Below, piece by piece: positions 16,085 through 25,131 of a DNA stretch of 32,000 nucleotides. A program made the position numbers and the translations under genes. The stretch covers positions 98,930-130,929 of the forward strand of contig NZ_JACJRF010000012.1 in the NCBI RefSeq assembly GCF_014697105.1. The letters are read 5' to 3'. A model generated the notes under the pieces. That model did not search any database and was not told the DNA's origin. It saw only the letters and a program-made list of their open reading frames with translations. Numbering within the stretch: position 1 is the stretch's first letter; the number at the start of each line of letters is the position of its first letter. This stretch comes from Anabaena subtropica FACHB-260 (lineage in GTDB: Bacteria > Cyanobacteriota > Cyanobacteriia > Cyanobacteriales > Nostocaceae).

Positions 16085-16798
16085 CTAACAACAATCATGG
16101 GTTAGATTTTTTCGCATATAGCCAGCACCAATAATCATGGCTGCAAGCTGCATCCAGTAAGCCAGAGTCGGTTGGTTCACTCCCACAGGCGGAATGTTTA
16201 AACTACCAATACCATAGAATAACTGTTGAATATACCACCAAAATAGATAGAAGGAAGCTGGTAATTGAATAGGTATATAAACAAGAATCAAAGGTAAGAT
16301 TGTATCTATTTTGATTTTAGGGAACTTCATCACATAAACTCCTAAGACTGCGGCGATCGCTCCATTCGCACCAATCAGTGGTACAGTCAACGTTGGTTCA
16401 ATCATGATCTGCACAATCCCTGTGAGAACACCCGCAGCCAGATAAAACGCTAAATAGCGTCCATGTCCTAGAATATTTTCTACAGCTTTGCCAAATACCC
16501 ACAAAAACAACATATTTCCCAATATTTGGCTAAAACTGCCGTGCAGAAATATGCTAATCAACAAAGAAAATAGACGACCAAAAACTACCACCCAAGCCGC
16601 CGGATTAATAAATAGTGCATGATTGACTGCTGTACTAATCTGAGAGGGAACCAAACCCCAAGTATTGATAAAAGCGCCTAATTCACCACTCAGTTCTAGT
16701 TTAATTTCCCATAAGAATATAAAAATATTAATCCCAATCAACCAATAATTAATAATCGGTCGCCGACGAAAGCGTAAGTTATCACTAATAGGAATCAT
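16085..16798 (-). CDS. Rhomboid-family membrane protein, apparently catalytically dead (pseudoprotease)
   Basis: 237-aa ORF with rhomboid topology and motifs: MIPISDN start, FLHGSFSQILGNMLFLWVFG, GANGAIAAVLG and AYWMQLAAMIIGAG. The positions expected to be His, Ser and His are Gln91, Asn145 and Gln217. Confidence 0.85.
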   Translation of the reverse strand: MIPISDNLRFRRRPIINYWLIGINIFIFLWEIKLELSGELGAFINTWGLVPSQISTAVNHALFINPAAWVVVFGRLFSLLISIFLHGSFSQILGNMLFLWVFGKAVENILGHGRYLAFYLAAGVLTGIVQIMIEPTLTVPLIGANGAIAAVLGVYVMKFPKIKIDTILPLILVYIPIQLPASFYLFWWYIQQLFYGIGSLNIPPVGVNQPTLAYWMQLAAMIIGAGYMRKNLTHDCC

Positions 16799-16804
16799 TT
16801 GAGT

Positions 16805-16825
16805 TAGTCATTAGTCATTGGTCAT
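16805..16825. repeat. STRR-type heptamer run (TAGTCAT TAGTCAT TGGTCAT; contains TTGGTCA)
   Basis: Three tandem heptamers are seen directly in the rhomboid/kinase divergent intergenic region. The repeat class is typical of heterocystous cyanobacteria. Confidence 0.6.
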
Positions 16826-16926
16826 CAAATTCTCTTTTTCCCTTGCTTCCTATCCCCTTCCCACTCCCCAAACAACTTGTGGCAAGATTGGAATCAGATC
16901 ACGATGCACTCAACTAGGTAAACTGG

Positions 16927-19050
16927 ATGCTGGGAAACACACTTGTTGGAAGATACCAAATTATTAGCCATTTGGGAGGTGGGGGATTTGGTGAAACTTT
17001 TGTGGCTTGTGATACTCATTTGCCAGGATTACCTAAGTGTGTGGTGAAGAAACTCCAACCTCAAGCAAATGATCCGGCTACTTTGGAGATAGCTAGGCGA
17101 TTATTTGATACAGAAGCTCAAGTTTTGTATAAATTAGGAACTTGCGATCGCATTCCCCAACTATTAGCTTATTTTGAGGAAAATGCAGAGTTCTATCTTG
17201 TACAGGAACTAATCCTTGGTCACGACTTAAGTAAAGAATTAACGCCAGGAAAAACCTATACTCAAGAGGAGGTGACAGTACTATTACAAGAGATTCTGAC
17301 TATCTTAGAATTTGTCCATCAGCAAAATGTGATTCACCGTGATATTAACCCGCGAAATTTACTCAGGCGAGAAGATGGTAGGTTAATCTTAATTGACTTT
17401 GGGGCTGTGAAACAAATCACTACCCAAGTGGTGACTCCCAAGGGTGAAAATAAATCTACTGTTGTTATTGGTACTCCTGGTTATATACCCGGAGAACAAG
17501 CCCAAGGAAATCCCAAGTTTAGTAGTGATATCTATGCTGTGGGGATAGTTGCAATTCAAGCACTCACGGGATTATTACCCCATCAACTAGAACACGATGC
17601 TGATACTCATGAAATTATCTGGCAAAATCATAGTCAAGTCTCACCAGAGTTTGCCAAATTTATAGACAAAATGATCTGCTATGATTTCCGCCAACGTTAT
17701 GCTTCGGCTACTGCTGCGTTACAAGCACTCACAGACATAAACCAACCTGAGTCTAATACTATTGCTATAACTCCGACTTTACCACCAGCAAAAGTTAGAT
17801 TTAATCAAACTAAAAAAAGTATATTTCTCAAGTTATTGTTAGCAATTCTATTAATTAGTGCTACTGCTACAGCTTCAGTATTGGTTGTTAATAATATTAA
17901 TAGTAATAATGCCACAGAATTAGCGAAAAAAGGCAATACTTTTTTTGAATTACAACGATATAAAGATGCACTATCTGCTTATCAAAAAGCAGTTGAAATT
18001 AGACCAGATTATGCTAAAGGTTGGAATGGACAAGGTAAAACGCTGTCTCGACTGAAGCAATATCAGGAAGCATTAACAGCTTATGATAAAACAATTCAAC
18101 TCCAACCAGATTATGTAGAAGCTTGGAGTGGTAGAGGTTTCGCTTTACAAAGTCTACAGCGATATTCAGAAGCGATCGCCTCTTTTGATAAAGCTTTACA
18201 ACTAAATGAGAGTTACCCAGAAGTATGGAACGCTAGAGGAGAAGTTTTTAGTAGCTTGAAACAGTACGACCAAGCGATTAAATCTTATGATAGAGCTATT
18301 GAATTTAAAGCAGATGCTTATGAATCTTGGTATAATAAGGGTCTGGCTTTACAAAGCTTGAAGGAATACAATGAGGCAATCAATGCTTATAATAAAGCTA
18401 TTGAAATCAAATCAGATTATCAAGGAGCTTGGTATAATTTAGGAAATTCCCTCGTAAATTTAAATCGTTACGAAGATGCTTTTAAAGCTTATGATAAAGC
18501 CGTCCAATATCATACAAATTATCCTATAGCCTGGTTATCAAGAGGAAATGTCCTGATTATTTTACGACGTTATCCAGAGGCGATAGAGTCATTTAATCAA
18601 GTAATTAAATTGCAACCCAATAGCTATCAAGCATGGTATGGCAAAGGTTGGTCAGAACATCAAAACCAACGCTATGCAGATGCAATCAAATCATATAATA
18701 AAGCCGCAACAATTAGACCAAACACCTATGAAGTTTGGTATAGTTTGGGCAATTCGCAATATATTTTACAGAAATATCAAGAAGCGATCGCCTCCTATAA
18801 TAAGGCAGTGCGCTACAAAGCAAATCATCACGAAAGTTGGTATAGCAGAGGTAATGCCTTCTTTAATTTAAAACAATATCAGCAGGCGATCGCATCCTAC
18901 GAACAAGCCATTAAACACAAACCAGATTATAACCAAGCCGTTAACGCCCGTGACGAAGCCCAGCGTCAACTCCAAGCTGCAACACCAAAGCCTGTAGTTG
19001 TACCAGCCTTACCTAGTTCTGAATTTACTAGTCCCTCACCGGAAAATTAA
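16927..19050 (+). CDS. Hanks-type Ser/Thr protein kinase, one TM helix, C-terminal array of ~10 TPR repeats
   Basis: 707-aa ORF. Kinase motifs: G-loop LGGGGFGETF, VVKKL lysine, catalytic loop HRDINPRN, DFG and GTPGYIPGE. A TM segment (IFLKLLLAILLISATATASVLVV) is followed by repeated ...Y..A...Y.KA....P.. TPR units. Confidence 0.9.
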   Translation: MLGNTLVGRYQIISHLGGGGFGETFVACDTHLPGLPKCVVKKLQPQANDPATLEIARRLFDTEAQVLYKLGTCDRIPQLLAYFEENAEFYLVQELILGHDLSKELTPGKTYTQEEVTVLLQEILTILEFVHQQNVIHRDINPRNLLRREDGRLILIDFGAVKQITTQVVTPKGENKSTVVIGTPGYIPGEQAQGNPKFSSDIYAVGIVAIQALTGLLPHQLEHDADTHEIIWQNHSQVSPEFAKFIDKMICYDFRQRYASATAALQALTDINQPESNTIAITPTLPPAKVRFNQTKKSIFLKLLLAILLISATATASVLVVNNINSNNATELAKKGNTFFELQRYKDALSAYQKAVEIRPDYAKGWNGQGKTLSRLKQYQEALTAYDKTIQLQPDYVEAWSGRGFALQSLQRYSEAIASFDKALQLNESYPEVWNARGEVFSSLKQYDQAIKSYDRAIEFKADAYESWYNKGLALQSLKEYNEAINAYNKAIEIKSDYQGAWYNLGNSLVNLNRYEDAFKAYDKAVQYHTNYPIAWLSRGNVLIILRRYPEAIESFNQVIKLQPNSYQAWYGKGWSEHQNQRYADAIKSYNKAATIRPNTYEVWYSLGNSQYILQKYQEAIASYNKAVRYKANHHESWYSRGNAFFNLKQYQQAIASYEQAIKHKPDYNQAVNARDEAQRQLQAATPKPVVVPALPSSEFTSPSPEN

Positions 19051-19464
19051 TTCATGGAAAGCGGTGGATAGAAAATTCTCTCCGCCCCTTTAGTCATGAG
19101 GAATAAACATGGCGGAGCAAATTTTTCTCGTTAAAGCATTTAATTAAGGCATTAAAGTCCGATTCATTACAAATAACCGATAGGTTGCTATAGGCTACTA
19201 GTTTTTAGATGTTGAATTTTGATAAATACTATTTAAAAACCTGCCAAAATGGCAACTCAAATCAGAATCACTAAGTTAGATTTATCAAAGATAAACGACT
19301 TCCAAGATATTGTTATCAGGGCTACCGAGTCTGCAAAAGTTAAGTTATTTTTTCTTTTATATCTAATAGATTATCAGAAAGCGTGTGACTGACACATGGA
19401 CATCACAAAGTTTACCAATAATATTTTCCTTCATCCATAAAGTTCATATATTTTGTAACCAATC

Positions 19465-20400
19465 ATGCTCACAGCTATTTGTACTTTATTTGAAGGTGAT
19501 TACCACTACGGCGTGGGAAACCTAGTTAATTCTCTTTATAACCACGGTTTTCGTGGTGTAGTTTGGGCTGGATATCGGGGAAATTTACCACCTTGGGCTA
19601 CATCTGTTAAAGATGGTCAAAATTATCAAGAATTTACTGTTGCTAAAGACTGTGTAATTCGGTTTATCAAGTTAGATACTTATAAGTGTTTTACCAATTA
19701 TAAACCTGATTTCATGCTTCAACTCTGGGAAAATTATTGTCCAGAAATTGAAGCCATATTCTATTTCGACCCTGATATTGTCAACAAAAGACGCTGGGCT
19801 TTTTACGAAGAATGGGTTAATCGTGGCATTACTTTATGCGAAGATGCTTATGATTATATGCCTGCCAATGATCCTAATCGAGTCGCTTGGAAAGAACTTG
19901 CCGAACGACACGGTCATGTTTGCCTTCGTGAACTAGATAGATATTATAATGCGGGATTTATTGGCGTAAAGCAGAGTCAGAAAAGTATACTTATACTCTG
20001 GAAAAATTTACTAGAAACTTTTGAATCTGTAGGCTATTTTAACCTCCATAATTTCCATCTTCATTCAGAGCTTTGTCCTTATTTTTTAACTGATCAATGT
20101 GTTTTGAACTTAACTGTCATGTTGTCTACTGAACCCCTGAGTACTGTTAGCAGATGGGGTATGGATTTTGGTAATGTTAGTACTTACCTCATGTCCCACG
20201 CATCAGGAGCAGCTATCAAACCGTGGCGAAAAAAATTGCTTATAAAGGCTTTAGGTGGCGTACCCCCTAGCTTAACGGATAAAGCATATTGGCAACACAC
20301 TCAATCACCAATTCAACTTTATTCAAGACGGTTATTCTTGAGGAAAAAAATCGAGATGCGCTGTGCTTCTGCTATTGGGCGCTTTATCCGACGTTCTTAG
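19465..20400 (+). CDS. Conserved hypothetical protein, possibly a GT-A-fold (GT8-like) glycosyltransferase
   Basis: 311-aa ORF with a DxD-like motif in a beta-strand context (IFYFDPDIV) and an N-terminal LFEGDYHYGVGNLVNSL. The functional call is tentative. Confidence 0.6.
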   Translation: MLTAICTLFEGDYHYGVGNLVNSLYNHGFRGVVWAGYRGNLPPWATSVKDGQNYQEFTVAKDCVIRFIKLDTYKCFTNYKPDFMLQLWENYCPEIEAIFYFDPDIVNKRRWAFYEEWVNRGITLCEDAYDYMPANDPNRVAWKELAERHGHVCLRELDRYYNAGFIGVKQSQKSILILWKNLLETFESVGYFNLHNFHLHSELCPYFLTDQCVLNLTVMLSTEPLSTVSRWGMDFGNVSTYLMSHASGAAIKPWRKKLLIKALGGVPPSLTDKAYWQHTQSPIQLYSRRLFLRKKIEMRCASAIGRFIRRS

Positions 20401-20550
20401 TTTAAATCAATTATTTAAATCATAAAACGTGACATTTGCTGCAACAGGAATCATCAATTTTGTAAAGACGTTGCTATTAACCTACTAACTAAACCCTTAA
20501 ATAAAGGGTAACGTCTCTACATATTCCTGAACGCTACAGTGGCAAGTGCC

Positions 20551-20600
20551 AGAGTGGGAGAAAAAAGCGATTGGTATGCTTTCTCCCACTCTCTTTTTAT
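20551..20600 (+). terminator. Rho-independent terminator candidate
   Basis: 13-bp stem AGAGTGGGAGAAA (20551-20563) / TTTCTCCCACTCT (20580-20592) followed by CTTTTTATT. Confidence 0.5.
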
Positions 20601-20616
20601 TGTTATAGCTAACTCC

Positions 20617-20762
20617 CAATACGGTTCGGTTAACAGAGTTATCTGTTGAGGCGAGCAGGGGGTGCAGGGGGAGAATAGAAGCAGGGGAAGAGAAATTGCT
20701 TAATAATAACTCTCTTCCCTCCCCTGCCTCCCCTGCACCCCCTGCTTATCCGAACCGTATTG
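20617..20762. mobile_element. 146-bp palindromic MITE with 13-bp terminal inverted repeats and a 10-bp target-site duplication
   Basis: TIR CAATACGGTTCGG (20617-20629) pairs with CCGAACCGTATTG (20750-20762). The internal arms are also largely self-complementary (GCAGGGGGTGCAGGGG...). A perfect direct repeat AGCTAACTCC flanks it at 20607-20616 and 20763-20772. Confidence 0.75.
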
Positions 20763-20764
20763 AG

Positions 20765-22261
20765 CTAACTCCGGTTATCTATTTGGGCGCGTTGCAAACT
20801 GCCTGAAAAGTCTACGTAAACACTTTTCCATTCCGTAAAAACATCTAAGGCTGTAGTTCCTGCTTCCCTGTGTCCGTTGCCAGTTTGTTTAACACCACCA
20901 AATGGTAAGTGTACTTCTGCGCCAATGGTGGGGCCATTGATATAGGTAATACCAGCTTCGATGTCGCGGATAGCAGCAAAGGCTCGATTGATATCGCGGG
21001 TATAAATTGAGGAGGAAAGACCATATTTAGTATCGTTGAGGATGGCGATCGCTTCCTCAAAGGTGCTAACCTCAATCAATGCCACTACTGGCCCGAATAT
21101 CTCTTCACGGGCGACACGCATATCAGGTGTGACGTTATCTAAAATAGTGGGTTGAAAGAAGTAACCCTGTTTTAATTGTCCATCTGTGGCAATTTTGCCA
21201 CCAATTAAAATCTTTGCCCCTTCCTCATGGGCAATGTTCATATATTCATGTACCCGTTGCAACTGTCGATTATTAATTATCGGCCCGATTTCTGTGTCAA
21301 GTTCAGTACCAGCACCCAAGCGTAATTTGCTAGTACGTTCACGCAACATAGCTGTAAATTTTTCCTTGATGTCACGATGCAAAATCAAGCGACTGGTAGC
21401 TGTACACCGTTGTCCGGTTGTGCCAAATGCACCCCAAAGTGCGCCATCCAGGGCAAGTTCTAAGTCTGCATCTTCCATCACCACTTGGGCATTTTTACCA
21501 CCCATTTCCAGACAGACACGCTTGTGAGTGCGTCCACAAGTCTCACCGACATAAGCACCCGTTGCGGAAGAACCAGTAAACGACACCAAATCAATATCTG
21601 GATGTTCGACTAATGCTTTCCCCACTTCTTCACCGACTCCATGCACCAAGTTAATTACACCCGGTGGTAAACCGGCGGCGGCGAAAATCTCAATTAATTT
21701 AGTTGCACAAGCGGGGGTATCTTCAGCAGGTTTGAGAATCACCGTATTGCCACAAACCAACGCTGGCATAGCTTTCCAGCAAGGAATAGCCACAGGGAAG
21801 TTCCAGGGAGTAATTAAAGCACAGACTCCAATGGGCATTCGGACAGTCATAGCGAACTTGTTGGGCATTTCCGAAGGTGTGGTTTGCCCAAATAGTCGTC
21901 GTCCTTCACCAGCACTGTAAAAAGCACAATCTATCCCTTCTTGAATATCGCCTCTGGCTTCAGTTAAGGGTTTACCCATTTCCCTACTGATCAACTGCGC
22001 TAATTCTTCTTTATGCTGAAGTAATAATTCGCCGACGCGAAAGATATATTCGGCTCTAGCTGGAGCTGGAACTTTGCGCCAACTGCGATAAGCTTGGCGG
22101 GCGTTGGCTACGGCTCTATCTACATCATCAGCTTGAGAACGGGGGAAAGTAGCGACAATTTCACTCTTGTCAGCAGGGTTGTGACTGTTGAGGGTATTTT
22201 CTGTGGCGGCGTTTAACCATTGACCATTGATGTAATTTTGGCAGTTTAGCGGAGTTGTCAT
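20765..22261 (-). CDS. NAD(P)-dependent aldehyde dehydrogenase family protein
   Basis: 498-aa ORF with ALDH motifs: LEMGGKNA (catalytic Glu), GQRCTATSR (catalytic Cys), FTGSSATG and [11 protein letters not shown]. Confidence 0.92.
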   Translation of the reverse strand: MTTPLNCQNYINGQWLNAATENTLNSHNPADKSEIVATFPRSQADDVDRAVANARQAYRSWRKVPAPARAEYIFRVGELLLQHKEELAQLISREMGKPLTEARGDIQEGIDCAFYSAGEGRRLFGQTTPSEMPNKFAMTVRMPIGVCALITPWNFPVAIPCWKAMPALVCGNTVILKPAEDTPACATKLIEIFAAAGLPPGVINLVHGVGEEVGKALVEHPDIDLVSFTGSSATGAYVGETCGRTHKRVCLEMGGKNAQVVMEDADLELALDGALWGAFGTTGQRCTATSRLILHRDIKEKFTAMLRERTSKLRLGAGTELDTEIGPIINNRQLQRVHEYMNIAHEEGAKILIGGKIATDGQLKQGYFFQPTILDNVTPDMRVAREEIFGPVVALIEVSTFEEAIAILNDTKYGLSSSIYTRDINRAFAAIRDIEAGITYINGPTIGAEVHLPFGGVKQTGNGHREAGTTALDVFTEWKSVYVDFSGSLQRAQIDNRS

Positions 22262-22457
22262 TCTACAAGACCTCCAGCTTGAGATTTATTTTGGTGTAAT
22301 AATATCAATGAAAAAAAACACTAAGACAAATTCAAACTAGGAAACATTAGATGAAATCTAAGTTTTTGAATTTTGAATTGGTATGAGTTTGGCTCGCTTT
22401 CTAGGTTATCGTCAAGTTTGTGGAATGAACAGAAGATAGTCAAGACAGATACAAAAG

Positions 22458-23180
22458 TTAAGGCACAAACGCCAAAACTCCCACGGGAGAACCTGAACCA
22501 CCGCGTAATCGGAGGATAGCGATCGCTAGAGTACTACCTTTTGCTGGTAGTTGATGCAAATTTGTCAGGTTTTCTAACACAATGCCTTGTTGCGCCAATA
22601 CTAAGCGGTTGGTAGCGAAACTGGTATCTTGTCCAGAGTCTACACCATGAGTATCAATCCCTACCCCTGCAATCTGCCGTTCATCAAGTAGGAACTGAGT
22701 TGCATCGCTACCAAAACCTGGAAAGTGCATGATTCCTCTAGCATCTTGGTTGAGAAAAGCGTTTTTATCAGACCACTTATTTTGCCAACCAGTATGTAGT
22801 AGCACCAGATGACCAAGAGGAATTTCACCGTGTTGTACTTCCCAAGCGAGAACGTCATCAACCGTGAGCCGATAGTCAGCGTTTACTGCGGCGGCTGCAT
22901 GAATATCTATGACTACCGCAGGTACAACCAACGACTGAGCAGGGTATTGGTCAATTCCTATACCAGCTTGATAAAAACTATTAGGAGCATTGATATGGGT
23001 GGCGCTATGTTCTCCTAGTGAGACGCGCCGCAAATAATAGCCATCATCCGGTAACTGGGCAACAGAGGTAAATTCAACTTGAGGGTCGCCAGGCCATTGG
23101 GGAATATCTGGGTCAATTACATGACTTAAGTGAATAATGCGCGAGTATGTAATCCTTTTTAAGCTTGACACCCTAATCAC
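22458..23180 (-). CDS. Putative cyclase family protein (kynurenine formamidase-like fold)
   Basis: 240-aa ORF. HSATHINAP resembles the HxGTHxDAP metal motif of the cyclase/formamidase family. The C-terminal E-N-L (LENLTNL) is typical of the family. Confidence 0.8.
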   Translation of the reverse strand: MIRVSSLKRITYSRIIHLSHVIDPDIPQWPGDPQVEFTSVAQLPDDGYYLRRVSLGEHSATHINAPNSFYQAGIGIDQYPAQSLVVPAVVIDIHAAAAVNADYRLTVDDVLAWEVQHGEIPLGHLVLLHTGWQNKWSDKNAFLNQDARGIMHFPGFGSDATQFLLDERQIAGVGIDTHGVDSGQDTSFATNRLVLAQQGIVLENLTNLHQLPAKGSTLAIAILRLRGGSGSPVGVLAFVP

Positions 23181-23460
23181 CCACTCAAGAAATTTTCTTC
23201 ATCCCCTGAAATTTTGATACCCGATTTAAATAACCCCCCAAAGTCGCTAGATTAGTACTTGTTGGGGGGTAAATGTTGCAGCAAAAAGTGAATTAGTAAT
23301 AGTTAACAACTCATTGTTTAACTTGACAATAACAACAGATAAATTTTCTGTAAAGATTATGTGTGACTGACCCATCTTCAATGTAGGCAATCATGTTGAT
23401 AGCTTTGTCATCCTATTAAGCCCACAAATATAGCAGTTTGCAGTTGAGTTTAATACAGAC

Positions 23461-23545
23461 CTAACCCCCGACCCCTTCCCTACAAGGGAAGAGAAGTAAG
23501 CCTCAAAGCCTTTCCTACAAGGAGAGAGGTTCAGAGTGTATTGCA
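23461..23545. repeat. Second copy of the dispersed hairpin repeat family seen at 10721-10835
   Basis: CTAACCCCCGACCCCTTCCCTACAAGGGAAG...CCTTTCCTACAAGGAGAGAGGTTCAGAGTGTA. It shares the CCCTTCCCTACAAGGGAAG hairpin and the TTCA[AG]AGTGTA tail with the 10.7-kb copy. Confidence 0.6.
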
Positions 23546-23594
23546 TACAAACGAGAAGCGCTATAGATTGCAGATTTATGGGGGTTTATGTCAT

Positions 23595-23627
23595 AAAAAA
23601 CTCTACCCGCAAGGAGATAGAGTTTTT
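23595..23627 (-). terminator. Hairpin plus T-tract; terminator candidate for the 72-aa gene
   Basis: On the minus strand, AAAAACTCTA-tctccttgcggg-TAGAGTTTTTT. It lies ~95 nt downstream of the stop at 23722. Confidence 0.45.
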
Positions 23628-23721
23628 ATCATTAGTCAGCAGTCAGTGGCAACACAACTGACTACTGACACACACCGTATAATAAAAATTTCCCCAGTCT
23701 CCAGTTACCAATCCCTAGAGC

Positions 23722-23940
23722 CTAATCCTCGTCCCAAGCTTCAACGGCGAGTAAATCGCCAATTGGGTCTTGCATAGTGAATCCAAAATCCAGCAACTCC
23801 TGTTTCCAGTGTTGCCAGTCGTTACCATAAAGCAGCGCAATCTTCCAAATGCTATCAGTCGGCTTGATAATATTCGATTCAACGAGTGATTGCACGTTAC
23901 GCTGCAATTTCACCATTGGGTGAAGTACTTGCTGAGTCAT
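23722..23940 (-). CDS. Small conserved cyanobacterial-type hypothetical protein (72 aa; possibly DUF4327-like)
   Basis: The ORF has coding-like composition and an acidic C-terminal ...LLAVEAWDED. The family assignment is from memory only. Confidence 0.6.
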   Translation of the reverse strand: MTQQVLHPMVKLQRNVQSLVESNIIKPTDSIWKIALLYGNDWQHWKQELLDFGFTMQDPIGDLLAVEAWDED

Positions 23941-24688
23941 AACTCTCGATTCAATTCAAAATTTTGTTGGGTAAATACTTAATCAAAACTGCTTTCCGTT
24001 TTGCAATAGTCACTAATCCGTAGAGTGTTGTAATTGGCAAAGCTAGTCTTAACTTTCTTACTATACCATAACAAACTCCATTAAGGTGCGGCAAAATTCG
24101 GCTTTGTACGGTAATTACACCACAATACCTAAATTTACCCCAGCAGATATACGTGAATGGCAAACGAAGAAACTAGCCTTTATAAAAATTGCAGAAAAAG
24201 CACAAGCAGGTAAGAATTGTAAAATCTTATTTCTTGTATCAACTAGAATCTGTGCAATTGTGAAAAAGCCCATATAACTCTGGCTGATAGAATTTGTTTC
24301 AACCGCAGCACAAGAATTTTTAGGCTGTTGGGTGCGATCGTTATTTAGAATAACGCAAACATCTAGAGTTAAATCAGATCATTGTAAAACTTAATAAAAG
24401 TTTAATCTTTCTCTAGAGATTAAGCAGACATGACATATATTTACTTTTGTCCGGACAAGCCAAGTAAAATTAAATACTTTGACTTGGTAGCTTACTTACA
24501 TTAACAGCTAAGTATGCAGCAAGCCGTTTTTATTTCCAATAGTCAGCGCAACTTAACATATCTTCACGTTGAGCCGAATTCAAGCATAAAAATTTTTTAA
24601 TTCCGATGTTAGTTTCTGTGAAGTAATGGGTAATCTCTTATCTAGGAGATTGCTGTCACTAAGTATTTACCACAGTCCAGATTAAAAC

Positions 24689-25102
24689 ATGGCTAGTTCA
24701 GGTGAAGAGTATTTAATTGCTCGTGAAAAACAGATTGCAAGGAAAAAAAGAATTTTAACAATAGTTTCAATGATTTCTTTCTTTGGCTCTATGGCATTTG
24801 CAGGTATTTCAACTGTTCAACGAGCTATCCAAAATCCGCAGCCAGTGACTCAAACTGTATCTGCTGAGTTTTCGTTACAAGAGCAAGCTAAAGGTTATGA
24901 ATTAGTTTTACAGCGAGAACCGAATAATCAAACAGCGTTAGAGAAGCTTTCTTTAGTACGCGTACAGTTAAAAGATTTTAAGGGTGCAAGAGAACCATTG
25001 GAAAAGTTGATGAAGCTACATCCTGATAGAAAGGATTATCAGGTCATTTTGGAGGATATGAAGAAACGAGAAAAATTAACAGAAAAAAAGAGCGATCCCT
25101 AA
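24689..25102 (+). CDS. Small membrane-anchored TPR-like protein
   Basis: 137-aa ORF with one TM helix (ILTIVSMISFFGSMAFAGI) and then a TPR-like helical segment (GYELVLQREPNNQTALEKLSLVRVQLKDFKGAREPLEKLMKLHP). Confidence 0.65.
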   Translation: MASSGEEYLIAREKQIARKKRILTIVSMISFFGSMAFAGISTVQRAIQNPQPVTQTVSAEFSLQEQAKGYELVLQREPNNQTALEKLSLVRVQLKDFKGAREPLEKLMKLHPDRKDYQVILEDMKKREKLTEKKSDP

Positions 25103-25131
25103 ATTAACGTAAATTTATTAAAAATACGAAT

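Noticed and set aside
19249-19392. 47-aa ORF (MATQIRITKLDLSKINDFQDIVIRATESAKVKLFFLLYLIDYQKACD) in the kinase/GT-like intergenic region
   Set aside because: It is short, has no recognisable motif or ribosome-binding context, and shows no supporting structure. It cannot be supported without comparative data.
20845-23018. Track ORFs inside or antisense to the ALDH and cyclase genes (20845..21075-, 21186..21527+, 21732..21920+, 22661..22861-, 22809..23018+)
   Set aside because: They are alternative-frame or antisense shadows of two motif-supported CDSs.
23541-24277. ORFs 23541..23777+, 23951..24163-, 24086..24277+, and a 57-aa hydrophobic minus-strand ORF starting near 24274
   Set aside because: The first runs through dispersed repeats and overlaps the better-supported 72-aa gene. 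The others overlap each other on opposite strands in an AT-rich gap, with no motifs and no convincing start context. They are not supportable as genes from sequence alone.
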